NCBI RefSeq assembly: GCF_963921235.1
Contig: NC_086097.1
Span: forward strand, 225,496,001-225,560,000
Length of the DNA stretch: 64,000 bases
Reading direction: 5' to 3'
Origin: Mobula hypostoma
Taxonomy: Eukaryota
Position numbers and translations under genes: made by a program. The notes beneath the pieces are model-generated. The model searched no databases. It worked only from the letters and a program-made list of their open reading frames with translations, and was not told where the DNA came from. Positions 26,168 through 40,715 of the stretch are shown in pieces. Positions within the stretch are counted from its first letter, which is position 1. Every line of letters starts with the position of its first letter.

Positions 26168-29057
26168 ACATTTCTGACACATGGGTTAGTGGATTCATTG
26201 GTCACATGGGTGTAATTGGACAGCACAGTCCCATGGGCTGAAATGGCCTGTAATCACTCTGTAAATAAATAGAAATCAATAAAAGTTTTTGAAGACACAG
26301 TCAAAAGGGGCAATGACATTAATTAATCCAATTTCTATAACTTGCTTTTGATGTAATTGTTTAACACTTTCTCTTTTCTCAATTCCATTCCTATCTTTCA
26401 TCTTCTCATAACTGCACTTGAATGGTACAATTAGAAAGGAGCAATAACATTTATTATTTTAGAGAAATATATTTTGGAAAAGCAGTTATATCTGGATGAA
26501 GGTGATTTTTTTCTTTTCACAATTCTGATCAATATTACCTTCCTTGGTGCTGCTTATCCATTGTATTCCCAAACTATTCAGCTCCATTCAATATCTCAGG
26601 AAACAGCTCTCTACCAAGTTTTAACTGTTATCAAAAGTACATTAATTAGTGGCAAGTTCGGAATCAGAAATTGGACAATTACCTGAACACTGGTGAGCAG
26701 AAAAAAAAAATGGTCTCTTGTTCCTACCCCTCAATGTTGGGTTATTTCCTACATCACAAAATAGACAATTCCCAATTCCACCTGAAACTATGCACAAACT
26801 GCAAAATAAACAGATAAAAGCAGGCCATTTGAGACATCATTATCTGGGTTTTTTTACATCTTGAACTCCTTAGACAGTAAATCTAGACAAGGTGGTCCTA
26901 TGTATAATTGGCACTATGTATTATTTGTATGGCATAGTTTATGCAGCTCCTACATGTAGGAATTGGTAACCAGTAATTGGTTTATTATTGTCACATGTGC
27001 TGAGATACAGTGCTTTGCATGCCAGACAGATCATTCCATACATTGAGGTTAGTATAAACAGAATCAGATTTACTTTTTTTGTACTAGATGTACTTTTTTG
27101 CTTTGTGACAACAGTACAATGCAAAGACATAGAAATATTTTAAATTACAGAAGTAAACCAATAGTAAGAAAAAAAAGGGTTCATGGACCATGCAGGCATC
27201 TGAAGGCAATGAGGAAGAAACTTACTGAATCATTGAATGCAGGTCTTCAGGCTCCTCGCTGGTAATAACAAGAGCTCATGTCCTAAATAGTGAGGGATGC
27301 TGCTTTCTTGGGGTCTGCCTCTTGAAGATGTCCTTGAGGGTGGGGCAATCTTGGGCCTCCTTTCGTCAGGGTCGTTTATGGATGTTGCATCCTGGCTGTC
27401 TAGATATGCATGCCAGGGCAGTACAATAAGAGCAAGCTGGTGCCCATGTGGCAAGGTCCCACTGTCCACACATCAGATGAACCCAAAAGAACAGCAGAGA
27501 CCAATACAGTTTGGCATTAACAGCATTTCAGGAGTTGCCAATCAGCAATGAAGTCAACATAGACTTAAGGATTCCAGTTCCAGATTCTTCTCTTCCCCCC
27601 CCCCCCCACCACCCCCAGGTTTACTCCCAAAGCACATCCCATGCATGGGATTATCTGAAAGTCAGTGGAGGCTTGAGTTTGGAGTATTTCTTCACCTAGG
27701 TGAGCTGTCAACCACAGCTGATGAGCCCCATCTGCCCAAAGCAACTTGTTCTAAGTTGCCAGTAATCTACCTTGGCTCCTTCTCCTGTCAGATAGAATGG
27801 TTCCTCCAGGCTTAGTAACTAAGCCACACATGAAGACCAGGAGCTGGACTTGGTTGTCAGAAGCTACTTGAAGCACACGCCATTGGGAGAACTTGTTAGG
27901 GAGTGGGAGCTTGTCCACATTACCTCCCCCTCCCCCAGCTGCTATAATCATAAGGTGGGGCATTAGCTTTACAGAGAGAAAGTACAGGTAGATAAGAGGT
28001 AGATAAATAAAGAACAAGTGCTAGGATGAGATTGAGTGTTCATCAGAGGTCCATTGAAGAGTCTTAAAGCTTGAGAACACAAGCTCGGTGACAACTGCTA
28101 TTAGTTTCTTCTGCCTAGTGGAATAGGGGAGAAATGGCTGGGGTGTGAATGGTTCTTGATTACATGGGCTGCCTTCCTGTGACCACAGGAAATATAGACA
28201 GAGTTAATGGAGAGGAGGCAATTCAGCCAATCAATACCCATGCAAGGGCAACTGGAGTATTCATGTGATTTATTATTTGGGAAAAGTTGTGTCTCCTAGT
28301 TCTCCACAACATTTCTAATTAGGACACCTTCTATCTGAACACAACTAATTCCTTTCCTCATCTTGCAAAACCCTATTGACCTTGAATTTCTTCCATTATG
28401 GCAATTGCATTTGATAATACCCTTTGCTTGAATATCAATTACTTACAGCTCCAGGAGTTCATGGCAAAATTTAATCATATCTATCAAACATTCTTCATTT
28501 ATTCTGTGACTGAGGGTTCTGTACCTACATACTGTTGATCCAACATTATTACAATGATTTCTCACAACTGTGGAGGAGGAAAAGCTCAATTCAGCTTTGT
28601 TCTCTGATCTCTTTTATTCATTTCTCTGATCTGAATAACTTTGAAAAGTTCCCATTAATACTGGTCAGTAGAAAGAAGTGTAAAGGTAAAGCAGTGAGCT
28701 CAAGACTATATTGTAGTACAAGGCATGCTGAGTTGGACAGATGAATTATGCACTTGGTGCACAGTACCCAAGTGGAAACATAATGACTTCTCAAACTTAC
28801 TATTAGTAATATTTTATGACTCAATCTTTGAGAAAAAGCAGATATTAGAAGAGGTTCTAGAAAGAGCAATGCATGAAATCTGCAACAAACTGAAACATCC
28901 TCATAAGATTATGCTTTTGGTTGCCACCATTTTTAATACTAAACCACTCAGCCACGATAAGTTCTGAAATTTAGATGTTGCAGAATGGAACCATTTCTCC
29001 GATCTGAATAACTTTGAACAGAAAATTTATCTCACCTTAACTGCAGTCTGTTTAAAA

Positions 29058-29145
29058 CAGGGGTTCCCAACCTGAGTCCACGGGCCCTTTGGAGGTTCAT
29101 GAGGTTTAGAGGTTCATGGCATTAAAAAACAGTTGGGAACCCCTG
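29058..29145. mobile_element. 88-bp hAT-type MITE
   Basis: Perfect 14-bp TIR CAGGGGTTCCCAAC / GTTGGGAACCCCTG. The 8-bp flanks gtttaaaa and atttaggg match only partly. Confidence 0.8.
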
Positions 29146-29332
29146 ATTTAGGGGAATGCCAGCTAGGAGTGAGTATAAAAATTAAAAATTTTAAATCCGT
29201 TTATGAGTTTGAAAGATGACAAAACTTGAAGAATATGTGTGGATCATGTAAACAGACGAAGTTGAATTTGGTCTGAATTCAAGACATCCATGCTTTCTTT
29301 CTTAACACCTTTATTCCTCTTTTTGGACATAA

Positions 29333-29580
29333 AGTGGCCACTTTATTAGGTACACTACACCTGTTAATTAATGCAAATATCTACTCAGCCAATCATGTGT
29401 CAACAACCCAATGCATAAAAACATGGTCAAGAGACATGGTTGTTCAGACCAGATGTCAGAAAGGGGAAGAATGTAATCAAAGTATCTCAGAAACTACTGA
29501 TCTCCCAGCATTTGTACATACAGTCTCTGGGGTTTACAGAGATTGATGCGAAAAACAGAACATTCAGTGAGCAGAAGTTG
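29333..29580 (+). mobile_element. Tc1/mariner-like DNA transposon 5' fragment
   Basis: AGTGGCCACTTTATTAGGTACAC terminal motif, then degenerate transposase start (SISETTDL...VSGVYR). Confidence 0.7.
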
Positions 29581-30289
29581 AGGAGTTTCTTCAGTATTTA
29601 TTTCCTGAAGATCTACCTCCTTTTACCTTTTAGTGAGAAAGCACCTCAATTGTGAGTTTTGTCTTTTTCCTTGTAAAATTACAAAAAGGGCAATTCATCA
29701 TTTGATAAATCAAAGATATTTATTGTGAGCGCTTAAAAGGATTTTGTAGTAAGCAGCCTAAAATGTTTTCATATTTGTAGCTGCCCAGAAAGAGCAGTCA
29801 AAGCCTCACCAGTGCTGTGATGAAGATACATCTGTTAAGAAGTGTTATTTCAGGGGAAGGACATAGCTTGGAAATTCCCTGAGTGAAGATCTTGAACTGA
29901 TTGATCAATCAACTAACAGATTTTATCCCTGCAGGCAGAAACGTTTATTACTTTATTATGTTCTAGCAACTGGTTTGAATTGATTTTGTGTATGAGGAAT
30001 TGTTTGTGAAGTGATCTACAAACAGTCTTCAATGATAATCAGAAAGTTTCCTGCGATAACATTAGCTGTGACTCACTTGGTTGCATCTTTGAGGCAGTAG
30101 GTACTTCAATACAAAACTACACTGACACTGCAGTGAAATACAAAGGGAGAGGGGTGTAGCATGGTGAGGGGGACTACAGGGTGATGGGTAAGTGTTTTCT
30201 TGCACTGACAGAGATTCTATGTTCAGAGATGAGACATTCATCAGATACTTGTCTACTTTTTTTTAAAAAAAATGTGTCCATGAAAATCC

Positions 30290-32985
30290 CTACAGTTCTA
30301 GTTGGAGATGTGCAATGCAGTTCTGCTCTAAACCAGGCTAAAAGAGGCTATGAAAGGTCCTTCACAAATAAGCAAGCCACAGCATTTTTATATGTAAATT
30401 TGGAGCAAAGAGTAGCAATATAAAGGGCAACTCCACTCAGGGACAGAGGGATTGTATGCATCAAACCAGAAGTAGGTGAGGTCCTTTATCAGTAGTCATC
30501 CAAGAGAAATTGAGAGATTATGGACAGACATGTTGATATTCTAGGGCATGTCAATATTAAGAAAGTGATGTGGGTCTCTCAAAAAACAAAGGTGGACAAG
30601 TCCAAGGCTTCATAAGATATGTCCCAGAATACTGAGGAAGCTGAGGCCTCACAGATGATTGATTCCTCTTTAGCCTTGTGCAATATGCCACAAGTCTGGA
30701 GAACAACCAGATTTGTTCCTTTATTCAACAGGTAAAACAGGGAAAAACCAGGAAGTTATAGGTAGTTATTGTTACATTCATGATGTTGAAATCACTGAAG
30801 AAAATTCTTAGAGACAGGATGTACCCACATTTGGAAAAACCACAAGTTCATTGGGGATTGTTAATGTAGCTTCATGTGGGTGGAATTCAGCAAGTCCTAG
30901 CTCATAAATTTGATTAAGTTTTATTGAAGACATTATAGTGTGTCATGGTAGCTTAGTAGTTGGTGCAATGATATTATAGCCCAGAGCATCAAAATTGGGA
31001 GTTCAATTCCAGCATCATCTGTAGGAAGATTTCCTGCAGGTGTTCCAATTTTCCTCCTGTGGTCCAAAAACACACTGGTTAGAATGTTAATTGGTCATTG
31101 TTAATTGTGCTGTGATGAGACTAGGGTTGCTGGGCAGTGGCGAGTCAGTGAGCTGGAAAGGCCTGTTCCAAGCTGTATCTCAGAATCAGGTTTATTATCA
31201 CTGGCATGTGTCTTGAAATTTGTCAATTTAGCCATAGTACAATGCAATACATGATACTATAGAAAGAAAAAATAATTATAGTAGATGTATATTAAATAGA
31301 TTAAAATAGTGCAAAACAGAAATACAAAAAAAAAAGCAAAGGCAGTGTTCATGACTTCAATGTCCGTTTAGGAATCAGATGGCAGAGGCGGAAAAAAAAC
31401 CTGCTCTTGAATCGCTGAGTGTGTGCCTTCAGGTTTCTGTACATCTTTCCTGTTGGTAATAATGAGAAGAGAGCATATCCCAGATGATGGAGATCCTTAA
31501 TGATGGATGCCACCTTTGGGGCACTGCTCCTTGAAGATGACTTGGATACTATGGAGGCTGGTACCCAAGATGGAGCTGACTAATTTTACAACTTTCTGTA
31601 GCTTCTTTCAGTCCTGTGTAGTAGCCTCCACATACCAGACAGATCTCTAAATAATAAATGAAATAAATGAGTGTAAGGCAGTGGATGTTGTCACATGGTC
31701 TTCAGTAAAACATTGGAAAAATCAATATTAGACAATATTGCAGTCTGGTCCAGAAGGTCAATCCATATGAGATCCACGGTGAGTTGGTATACAGGATCCA
31801 AAATTGGCCTGGGTATAAATAACAATTGTGGAGGGTGGGCAAATTTTCTGATTGGACGTCTTTGACCAGTGGTGCTCTACAAGGAACAGTGCTGGGATAT
31901 CTGTTGTTCGTAAAACATATTGAAGATTTTGATGACAAGAACATTTGTTGAGTTGTGAATAGTGAGGAAGGTTGTTAAAGGATATAACAGGATTAAAAAG
32001 ATATGTCACATCAGAGTTTCTCCGATTAGTGGACGATTTCCCTCCACACCTCTCTGATATAGTGGGGAACTGCGTACGAGGCAAGTTACAGCAGTGGTTT
32101 GCCCCTGCCTTCTGCCGGGTGAGTTTCCAAAGATTCCAAAGCTCATAACCCAGCAGGGATGGAAAGCTGATAGATCTATTCAAAATCTGGTTGAAGAAAT
32201 GGCAGATAGATTTTAATTTAGACATGTGTACATGTTGCATTTTGGGAGGTCAAATGCAAAAGGTTACAGTAAATGCCAGGATATTTTGGTCCAATGATGT
32301 ACAAATGGATATCATGATGCAAGTACATAGTTCTCTGAAAATGGGAAGAGAAGGGAATAGGGAGGTAAAGGCACCATTGAGCATGCTTGCCTTCACTGTC
32401 ACAGAATTGAGTATTAAAATTTGCAAGTAAAGTCATGATGCAACTGTATAAAACTTTGGTTAGGTCACATGCAGTTCTAGCTGCAACATCATAGGATAGA
32501 TGTGGGGATAGAGGCTTTAGGAGGATGCTGAAGGGGTTAACCAGGATGTTGCTTTGATTGGAGTGTATTAAACTACAAGGATGGACAAACTTGTAGTGTT
32601 TTCTCTGGAGTGCTGAATGCTAAGGTATAACCTGATAAAAGTAAATTAAATAATAAGTGACATTATAGATAGGGTAGAATAACAGGATCATTTTCCCATG
32701 GTTGGAAATGTCAAATATTAGAGGACATAGTTTGAAAATGAAGGGGGCTGCTTATGGGAAAGTTACTAGGCAAGCTTTTAACTTAGAGAGGCAAGTGCCT
32801 GGAACACACTGCCAGGGGAATTGATAAAAAGCAGATAAGGTAGCAATGTTTAAGAGTTGTTTAGGCAGGTACATTACTAGGTAGGAACAGCAGGATATGG
32901 ACTATGTGCAGATGCATGGGAATAATTTGGACTGACTTCATGGATCTGGTGAGCTGATGGACCTGGCCCCATGTTGTATTGTTCC
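30290..32985 (+). mobile_element. Old CR1 ORF2 with nested SINE (~30937-31180), Rex-like 3' end (~31180-31640, minus) and small SINE (~32007-32167, minus)
   Basis: Degenerate CR1 RT motifs on either side of the insertions (SGALQGTVLG, KKWQIDFNLD); SINE box B ggagttcaattcc at ~30998. Confidence 0.7.
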
Positions 32986-34157
32986 AAATTATGTTCAGTG
33001 AAGATCACAATTTCAAGTCAAGTCCAATTTATTGTTATTTAGCCATATACATACATGTATGCTGTGAAACAAGATAATGTTTGACTGAACTAAGATGTAA
33101 AGCATAGTATAACCACATAACCTATGAAAGAAAGGATGAAATCTACAGATGGATTACATATTATATATAACTAAAGTGCATAACTTAAATGTTACAAGGT
33201 ACAGAACAGATTAACCAGTGACACTTTGAATGCAATGCAGCAGGGAGTTCAGAAGCCTAATGGCCTGAGAGAAGAGTCTGTTTCCCCATCCTGACATTTT
33301 GTTGTTTTTATACATTAGTTTTATTGCATTATTTGTGCAGTATTTTATTTATTGGTTTTGTCATGGGTTAATTGGTTGCCATATACACAACACCAATACT
33401 TCAGTCTTGAGTTTGCAAAGGATGTTTAAAATTCTTCTTAAAATCCAGAATGGGAAGTTAATGGAACTTTTCAAAAGCACTGTGACCAAGGGATAGAATA
33501 TCCAACTGGGTAATAGGTGACCAGTCACCCGACTGATCCATTGCAAGATCTGGTTAGTGACTAGAAAACTACAGAAGAAAGTGGACCGAGGTCCATTTTG
33601 AGAGGAGAATCTCTGATAAGAACCTGGGTTGTTTTGGTAAAATCCAGAAGATCAGATGATACATTGCTAAATTTCGAATTACATGTATTGAGAGCTGTGA
33701 AATTCACTTTCCCTGTTTTACAAGGCACATAATTACACTGCTTGGAAAACATTACAAATTTACTACAATCCATCCAATCTGGTCTATTTTTGTAAATAAA
33801 CATTGGGGATGGGAAACTTGTTCATTATTCCCATTTAAAAAAAAAACAGGCATGAATTTGGTCTGAACGCACTCAGCTTTACTCATTACCAATATCAGTG
33901 TAACTTCGTGGAATGTATTTGAGAGATGAACTCCAGACTAACCTTTGAAACAAACAGCCAAGGGCTGATGTCATTCACTGTCCACCCTCCAACCCCATTC
34001 TTCATAACATTATTATTTCAATACTAATACACATCCAGCCATTTGATTCCTAGACAATGGGAACATAATCCATAAGGAAATAAGATTGAAGTAGAATTTT
34101 TTGTAAAGGTGGGACATGATCAAGGGATTTAGTGGATGCTTCAGGATCTTTCCATTT

Positions 34158-34557
34158 CCTTTCAATCTTTTTTTATTGAGTTAAAGGAATAAGGATAAAT
34201 ACAAACCAGAGGAGAGGTTATCTCAAATACGTATATCAATAATAGTACAAAGGAATATACACTGTCAAAATCATATGTAGTATTAAGCTAATACAAAGAG
34301 ACAAGAGAACCACTTCTCTTAACAGTTCATAGAAAAAATACTCAAGATTTCCTGTTATTGAGAAAAAAACCCCACTAAACTAACCTAAAACAAAAAAAGG
34401 ACTGAGCAGTCCATTTTCAGGATACAGTTAAAAAGGAAAATCCTTCCGATCAAATCTAAAACTTTGAGGAAAAAAGTTAACTGGAGAAGTAAAAGGAATT
34501 AGATCATATGAAAATATTGAAGGTCACCAAGTTTGCTCAAATTTAAAAGATGCATCA
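34158..34557 (-). mobile_element. L1 3' end
   Basis: Reverse complement gatgcatcttttaaatttgagcaaacttgg... resembles the 21.4-kb L1 end and finishes with CAATAAAAAAAGATTGAAAGGAAA. Confidence 0.7.
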
Positions 34558-35009
34558 TACAATGTATCAGGATCTGTTTCCCCAAGATCCCCCAAGTCTT
34601 GGACTACTGATAATTAGTCTCAAGTATGAGCATCCTTCACAATTAATTGTTTTTGTTATAATACAATATCCTTTGAGCCACCCAGTCCTCGTGTAACTCC
34701 TCACCCTTAGCATTCTTCTGACTGAACCTCAATTAACTCCTTGAGTGACTCCCCCAGTGTTATAAACATATTACTGCCCACAACCCCAGTGCCATTTTCT
34801 CCTCCTCATGCTATTGTTTCTCTTCACTCTGATCATCTCCACAGGCCTTGATCAATACACCTTGGCAAACCTCTATTACAACCCTTACCAAATGATACTC
34901 ACCTCCCCCTTCCCCCAGTTCTTAGCCCTTCTCTCCCATCGCCGATCCACACCCAAATTCCACTCTTCTGTGGTATACTCCATTTGGAATAATGGACCCC
35001 ATGTCTAAG

Positions 35010-36420
35010 GGTGGCATTTTAAGAGATAACTTCTTAAAAAGAGCAGCTCATGGTTGAGCCCACTGTGGGAATAGTTATTCTGGATTGGGTGTCGTGCAAT
35101 GATTCAGAATTACTCAGAGAGCTCAAGGTAAATGAACCCTTCGGGGCAAGTGATCATATGATAGAATGCACACCAAATTGAGAAGGAGAAGCTAAGTCAG
35201 ATGTATCACAATTTATGTGGAAAGGGAATAACAGAGGTACAAGAGGTGGCCAGAATTGATTGTGAAAGAATACTAATGGATGATAGTAGAGCAGCAATGC
35301 TCTGAAATTTCTGGAAGTAATTTGGAAGGAACAGGATACATACATCCCAAAGAGCAAGTATTCTAAAGGCAAGATGCCACAACCATGGTTAAGAGAAGTC
35401 AAAACCAACACAAGCCAAAGAGGGCATATAATAGAGCAAATATTAGAGGCAAGTTAGAGGATTGGGAAGCTTTCAAATACCAACAGAAAGAAACTAAAAA
35501 AAGTGATCAAGAACGTAAAGATGGAATGTGAAAGTAAACTAGCCAATAATATTAAAGAGAACACCAAAAGTTTCTTCAGATAGCTAAAGAGAGGCAAGAG
35601 TGGATATCGAACCATTGGAAAATAATGCTGGGTGTAGTAATTGGGGGAGGCGGACAAGGGCAAGGAAATGTCACATGAACTGAATAAGTATTTTGAATCA
35701 GTCTTCACTGTGGAAGACACTAGCAATATAGTAATAGTTCCAGATGTCAGGGGTCATGAAGTCTACAAAGTTACTGTAACTAGAGAAAAGGTTCTTAGGA
35801 AACTGAAAGATCTGAAGGTAGATAAGTCACCTGGACCAGATGGTGTTCACCCCAAGGTTCTGAAAAAGATGGCTGAAGAGATTGTGGAGGCATTAGTAAT
35901 GATCTCCCAAGAATCACTAGATTCTGGAATGGTTCCAGAAGACTGGAAAATTGCAAATGTCGCTCCACTCTTCAAGAAGGGAAAGAGGAAGAAAGGAAAC
36001 GTATAGGCCAATTAGTCTGAATGGCTTGTCATACGAAGACTGTGATGACTCTGGGCCTGTATTCACTAGAATTAAGAATGAGGGGTATGTGGAAAGGATA
36101 CTTCCTATGGTAAGAGAGTCCAAGACCAGGGAACACAGCCTCAGAATGGAGGGGTATCCTTTTAGAATGGAGAAGGGATTTCTTTAGCCAGTGTGGCGAA
36201 TCTGTGGAATTCATTGGTACCAGCAGCTGTAGAGGCCAAGTCTGTATGTACAGTATATTTAAGGCAGATGCTCATCAATTCTTGATTGGTCAGGGCATAA
36301 AGGGATATGGGAGAAGGCAGGAGATTGGAGTGGAGGGGAAAATGAATCAGCCATGATGAAATGGTGGAGCAGACTATGGTACAAATAGCCCAATTCTGCT
36401 CCCATTTTTTATGGTTTTTG
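35010..36420 (+). mobile_element. CR1 ORF2 fragment, RT core deleted (junction ~36018)
   Basis: ELNKYFESVFT...KSPGPDGVHPKVLK...YRPISL joined directly to the C-terminal GLSYE...TREHSL. Confidence 0.85.
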
Positions 36421-37284
36421 CATGTAAAACATGTCTGTTGCATACCAAAATCAAACAGTACTTGAACAGGTTCATGGATAGGAAGATCTGACCTGTTTTG
36501 GTCCAAATATGGACAGATGGGACTAGCTTTCATGAGAATCTTTCCGTGCATGAACCAGTTTGGTTGAAGGGTTTGCTTCTATGTTGTACGAGTCCATGGG
36601 CTGTTTGAGAATACTGTCAATATGCAGAATGGTGGTAAAACTAATTGTTTACTATTCACACCATGCTGCTTTAATCTGTATAAAGATTTATATTACAGAT
36701 CAAGTCTACTCTCTCCAAGGTTATGCCAAAACTAACAGAAGTACTATAGGACCAAACAGTGATCAGATGGATAATTTTATTTTCTTGTACATGCCTCTAT
36801 CACCATAATTGGACTCAGAGCACTGGTACTCCAACCTCAGAACACTGGACAATTAACATGCCAATTTGAATGATGAACTGAACTCCATGCTATTGGACTT
36901 TGTTCAATGGGCTGCTGTTTTCCCAAGACATGCTAAATTTGGCAATGCCAATTAGATGAGCTCATTTCAAGACTGGCAGCTGGGGCTCAGCATATTCAAC
37001 TTTTTTTGGTCAAGCCATTAAGAGAAAATAGTCCCTGAAATCCAAGAGATTTTTTATTCCTCAAGAAAAGTTTGCTACTTCTAATTTCACCTGCATAGAG
37101 TTTAAATTCCATTTAATGTTCAAGTTTATTGTCATTCAACTATACATATACACACACACATATACAGCTAAATGAAGCATTGTTCCTCTGGGGCCAAGGT
37201 GAAAACTTAGTCATACACAATACATTTTTTTTTATATATAAACAATCCAACACATACAGACTCAAAATAAAATTTACCCAGGTC

Positions 37285-38040
37285 CCAGAGTGGCACATCC
37301 TGACAATCGTTATGTTGGTGACAAAACACATCAACTCCCACCTGAGAAGCAACTCTGATCTGCTCCAATTTACCCATCAACACAACAGTTCCACAGCAGA
37401 TAATACTTCATTGGCTCTTCATTTAACCCTGGAACATCTGGACAGCATAGATGCATATATCAGGACACTCTTGATCAATTACAGCTCAGCATTGAATACC
37501 ATCACACCCTCAAAGCTAATCAATAAGCTTTCTTGTGCAGCTGGATCCTGGATTTCCTCACTTGCAGACCCAAGTCAGTTCAGATTGGCAGTGACATCTC
37601 CTCTGCAACCTGCATCAGCACAGCACAGGCTATGTGTTTAGCCCCCTGCTCTAGCTGATTGACACTTAAGACTGTGTGGCTAAGCTCTTCAATACCAAAA
37701 TTAATTTTGGTGTCATCATTATCAATGGCCAAATCATAGGTGATGACAAATCAGCATATAGGAGGGAGATTCAAACTCTGTCTGAGTGGTGCCATAACAA
37801 CATCCTTTGGCTCAATATCAGCAAGACCAAAGAGCTGATTATTGGTTTCCTTCTCCTGAAGTCAGAGGTGCACAAGCCATTTCTCATCAGGGGATCAGAG
37901 GTGGAGAGGGTCAGCAACTTTAAATTCCTTAGTGTTATCATTGAGGACAAACTGTCCAGGGGCAAACACACAATTGCAATTAAGAAAGAATGCAAGTGCC
38001 TCCACTTAGAAGAGTGAAGATTTGGCATGACATCCAGAAG
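37285..38040 (+). mobile_element. Rex1/Babar-like RT fragment
   Basis: SSTADNTSLALHLTLEHLD...[54 protein letters not shown]. Confidence 0.85.
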
Positions 38041-40715
38041 TTCAATAGGTACCTGGCCAGCTGAGCGCCAAGCATTGTGTGTGTTGCTAGCACCAGTTAA
38101 AGTAGGTACCATATGAAGGGAAGGGGTACTTTTACTGTAGCAAGTAGCTTGCCAAAGATAACTGCACATTTCAGATGGAAGCAAGACTCCCAATATTCTC
38201 TTCATAGAGAGATGGAAAACACAACATGTGCTAGAACTATTTATTCAATTTGATCAGAGGATCAATTGCAAGAACTTACACTGCTACACATTTTCTAAAG
38301 AAAAATTCCTGCATTACAACTAATTGGTTTACAAGTATTTATTGTAATGCCATTGACTCTTTGGGATCTGGGACCTGGATTTACAAAGCTATTCTGCAAA
38401 AAGTGTTGTGCTACTCCTTCCACCGGCTCCTTTTGAACCAATATCAGGGTTGTAACATTTTCTTTCCAAACCTTAAGTGTTGGAAATCTCCACTAAACTT
38501 CAATACTTTAGGATGAAGAGCCCTCTGAAGTTTAAATTATCTGGCCTTTTAAAATATGGGTCAAATCTTTTGATAATACTTTTGTAAAGCATGTTGACTG
38601 AGTCATGACATTGAGGGTACCATAAAAATGCAAGTGGTGGTAAGAACACAAGATTTAGAAACAGGAGTAGGCTATTAACTATGAAAGCCTGCTCTGCCAT
38701 TCTATATGATCATTCTTGACCTTTAGCCTCAGTTCTGCTTTTCTGCACTAGCTACCTATCCTTTGGTTCTCTTAGTCTCTGAATATCAATTGATTTGGAT
38801 TTTGAATATACTCAGACTTGACATGAGCCCCCATTGCCCCCTTAGGCAGAGAATTCCAAAGATTCAAATAATCTCTGTCCTAATTGGCCAAATTATGATC
38901 CGTAATTCTGAACAACTATACCAAGGGAAACATCACCTCTGCATCTAATATGTCAAGCCTCAGAAGAATTTTGTACATTCCATTCCTTTAAACTAGAGGG
39001 TAGAGGCCCAGGATCTCCACATCCCAGAAATCAATCTGCTGAACATTCATTGCACAAGCACTGGTTCAGATAGACACGTTCTTTGTTAAGGAGACCAGAT
39101 TCATACAAAATACTCCAGATGCACTCTCCCCAGGCTTTTCATGATGCCAATTTATATTGCAGTAAAGGTTAGTATTCTCCATTATCTTGAGAATAGTTTG
39201 CTATACCTGTGTATTTACTTTGAGAGGCAAGGCACCTGGTTTCTGTAAATTAGTATACATCTTTAAAAAAAAAATCTCCATTGTAAAATGTTTTCTACAT
39301 TTAAGGCATATGCATATTTTCTAAATATCTTCATTGCTCCCCAAGATTTATGTTGTAGGTATGACAGTGTAGTCCTCAAGAGGTTTGGGATAAAATACAT
39401 ATTCCCTTATCTGTCCCATTGGATTCAATAGAAGGGAAAATGGAGCAAGTTGTAGAACGCATTGACAATCAATCTTTTGTCAGTTTTTTCCACTCCCTGA
39501 AAGTGAAAATTAGCTCTTAAATGCTCTAAACAAGGCTTCCAATCTTGTAGTTAAACTTTGAGTAAATATCAACTCGAAATGTGAACATTACTCATCTCTC
39601 CACAGATGGCCAGCATTTTCTGTTTTTTGTTCTGATTTCCTGCATCTGCAGTATTTTATTTTTGCTCTACGTGATCTGTTAACTGGTGTTTCGTATATTC
39701 AGTCAGAGTACAGGTTTATTCAAACTGAACAAATTGCGAACAATTCTGTGAAACAAATTTGGGTTTGTTTTAAATTTAAACAATTGGGGGAATTGGTGAA
39801 TAAACCACACAAGAGTTGCTTTATGAGCTTAACAAAAGCCACAGTTCTTTACTTCCATTACAGTCTAGCCAAAAGCAATGCTTTACAGTGAAATCATTAC
39901 ATCAGACAGCATCCCTAAAAGTGAACACAACTCAATGATAGTGTTTGAATTATGTAGAAGAGTTTCTATTATGAACAGAGTGTCATCCATACTACCCTAC
40001 AAAATCACAGGGTTACCAGATACTGCAAAAAAATTATGTACTATATATGATATTTTGACTCGAGGAGAAAATCCACACCATTGATTAGTTTTAAAACTTT
40101 GTGATGGTTCTCAACTCCAAAATAGGAAATTGTAGACATAGGTTCTGTGGCTAGTGAGTTAGAGCCCCAAAACTCCAGAACATCAAAACACAAAGCCAGT
40201 ATGGAAGCAAGTCATATCCAGTCCTAAACAAATGCTTAAGAATGCAGTACAGTACATACATTGTTTAAAGGTTCACACAATATCACTGATATCCTATTGA
40301 TAACATTGGTACACAATCATCATCTACTTTTATCAGACATTGCTTTTATCAGATATTGGCAAAACAAGTACTTAATTATGCCAGTAATTGCCAGAAATCA
40401 ATGGAGCACAGCGAATTTTTGCACTCTTAAACTATACTACTAGTCATATGCTCCTATTAGCAAGTTAGATTAAAATTTCTTATTATTTAGATTTTAGGCT
40501 CAGTTATATTGTGGGGGATGGTTTCAATACTAACTGCATTAGTACTGAACTTTGAACTAAAGTTGCATTCTTTAATTGCTCCACCATAAGCAAATGACTG
40601 GCTGCAAATTGTGGCGATAATTATGGAGAAGTGAGGTGAAGTCATAATCAAAGGGTAAATATCACATGGCAGCCTTCATGATCAGGCAGCTTGTGGCTGA
40701 TATTAGATTAATAGC

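Noticed and set aside
36939..36951. TTGGC-AAT-GCCAA palindrome resembling an NFI site
   Set aside because: Spacer is 3 nt rather than the canonical 5; a single short motif is not enough.
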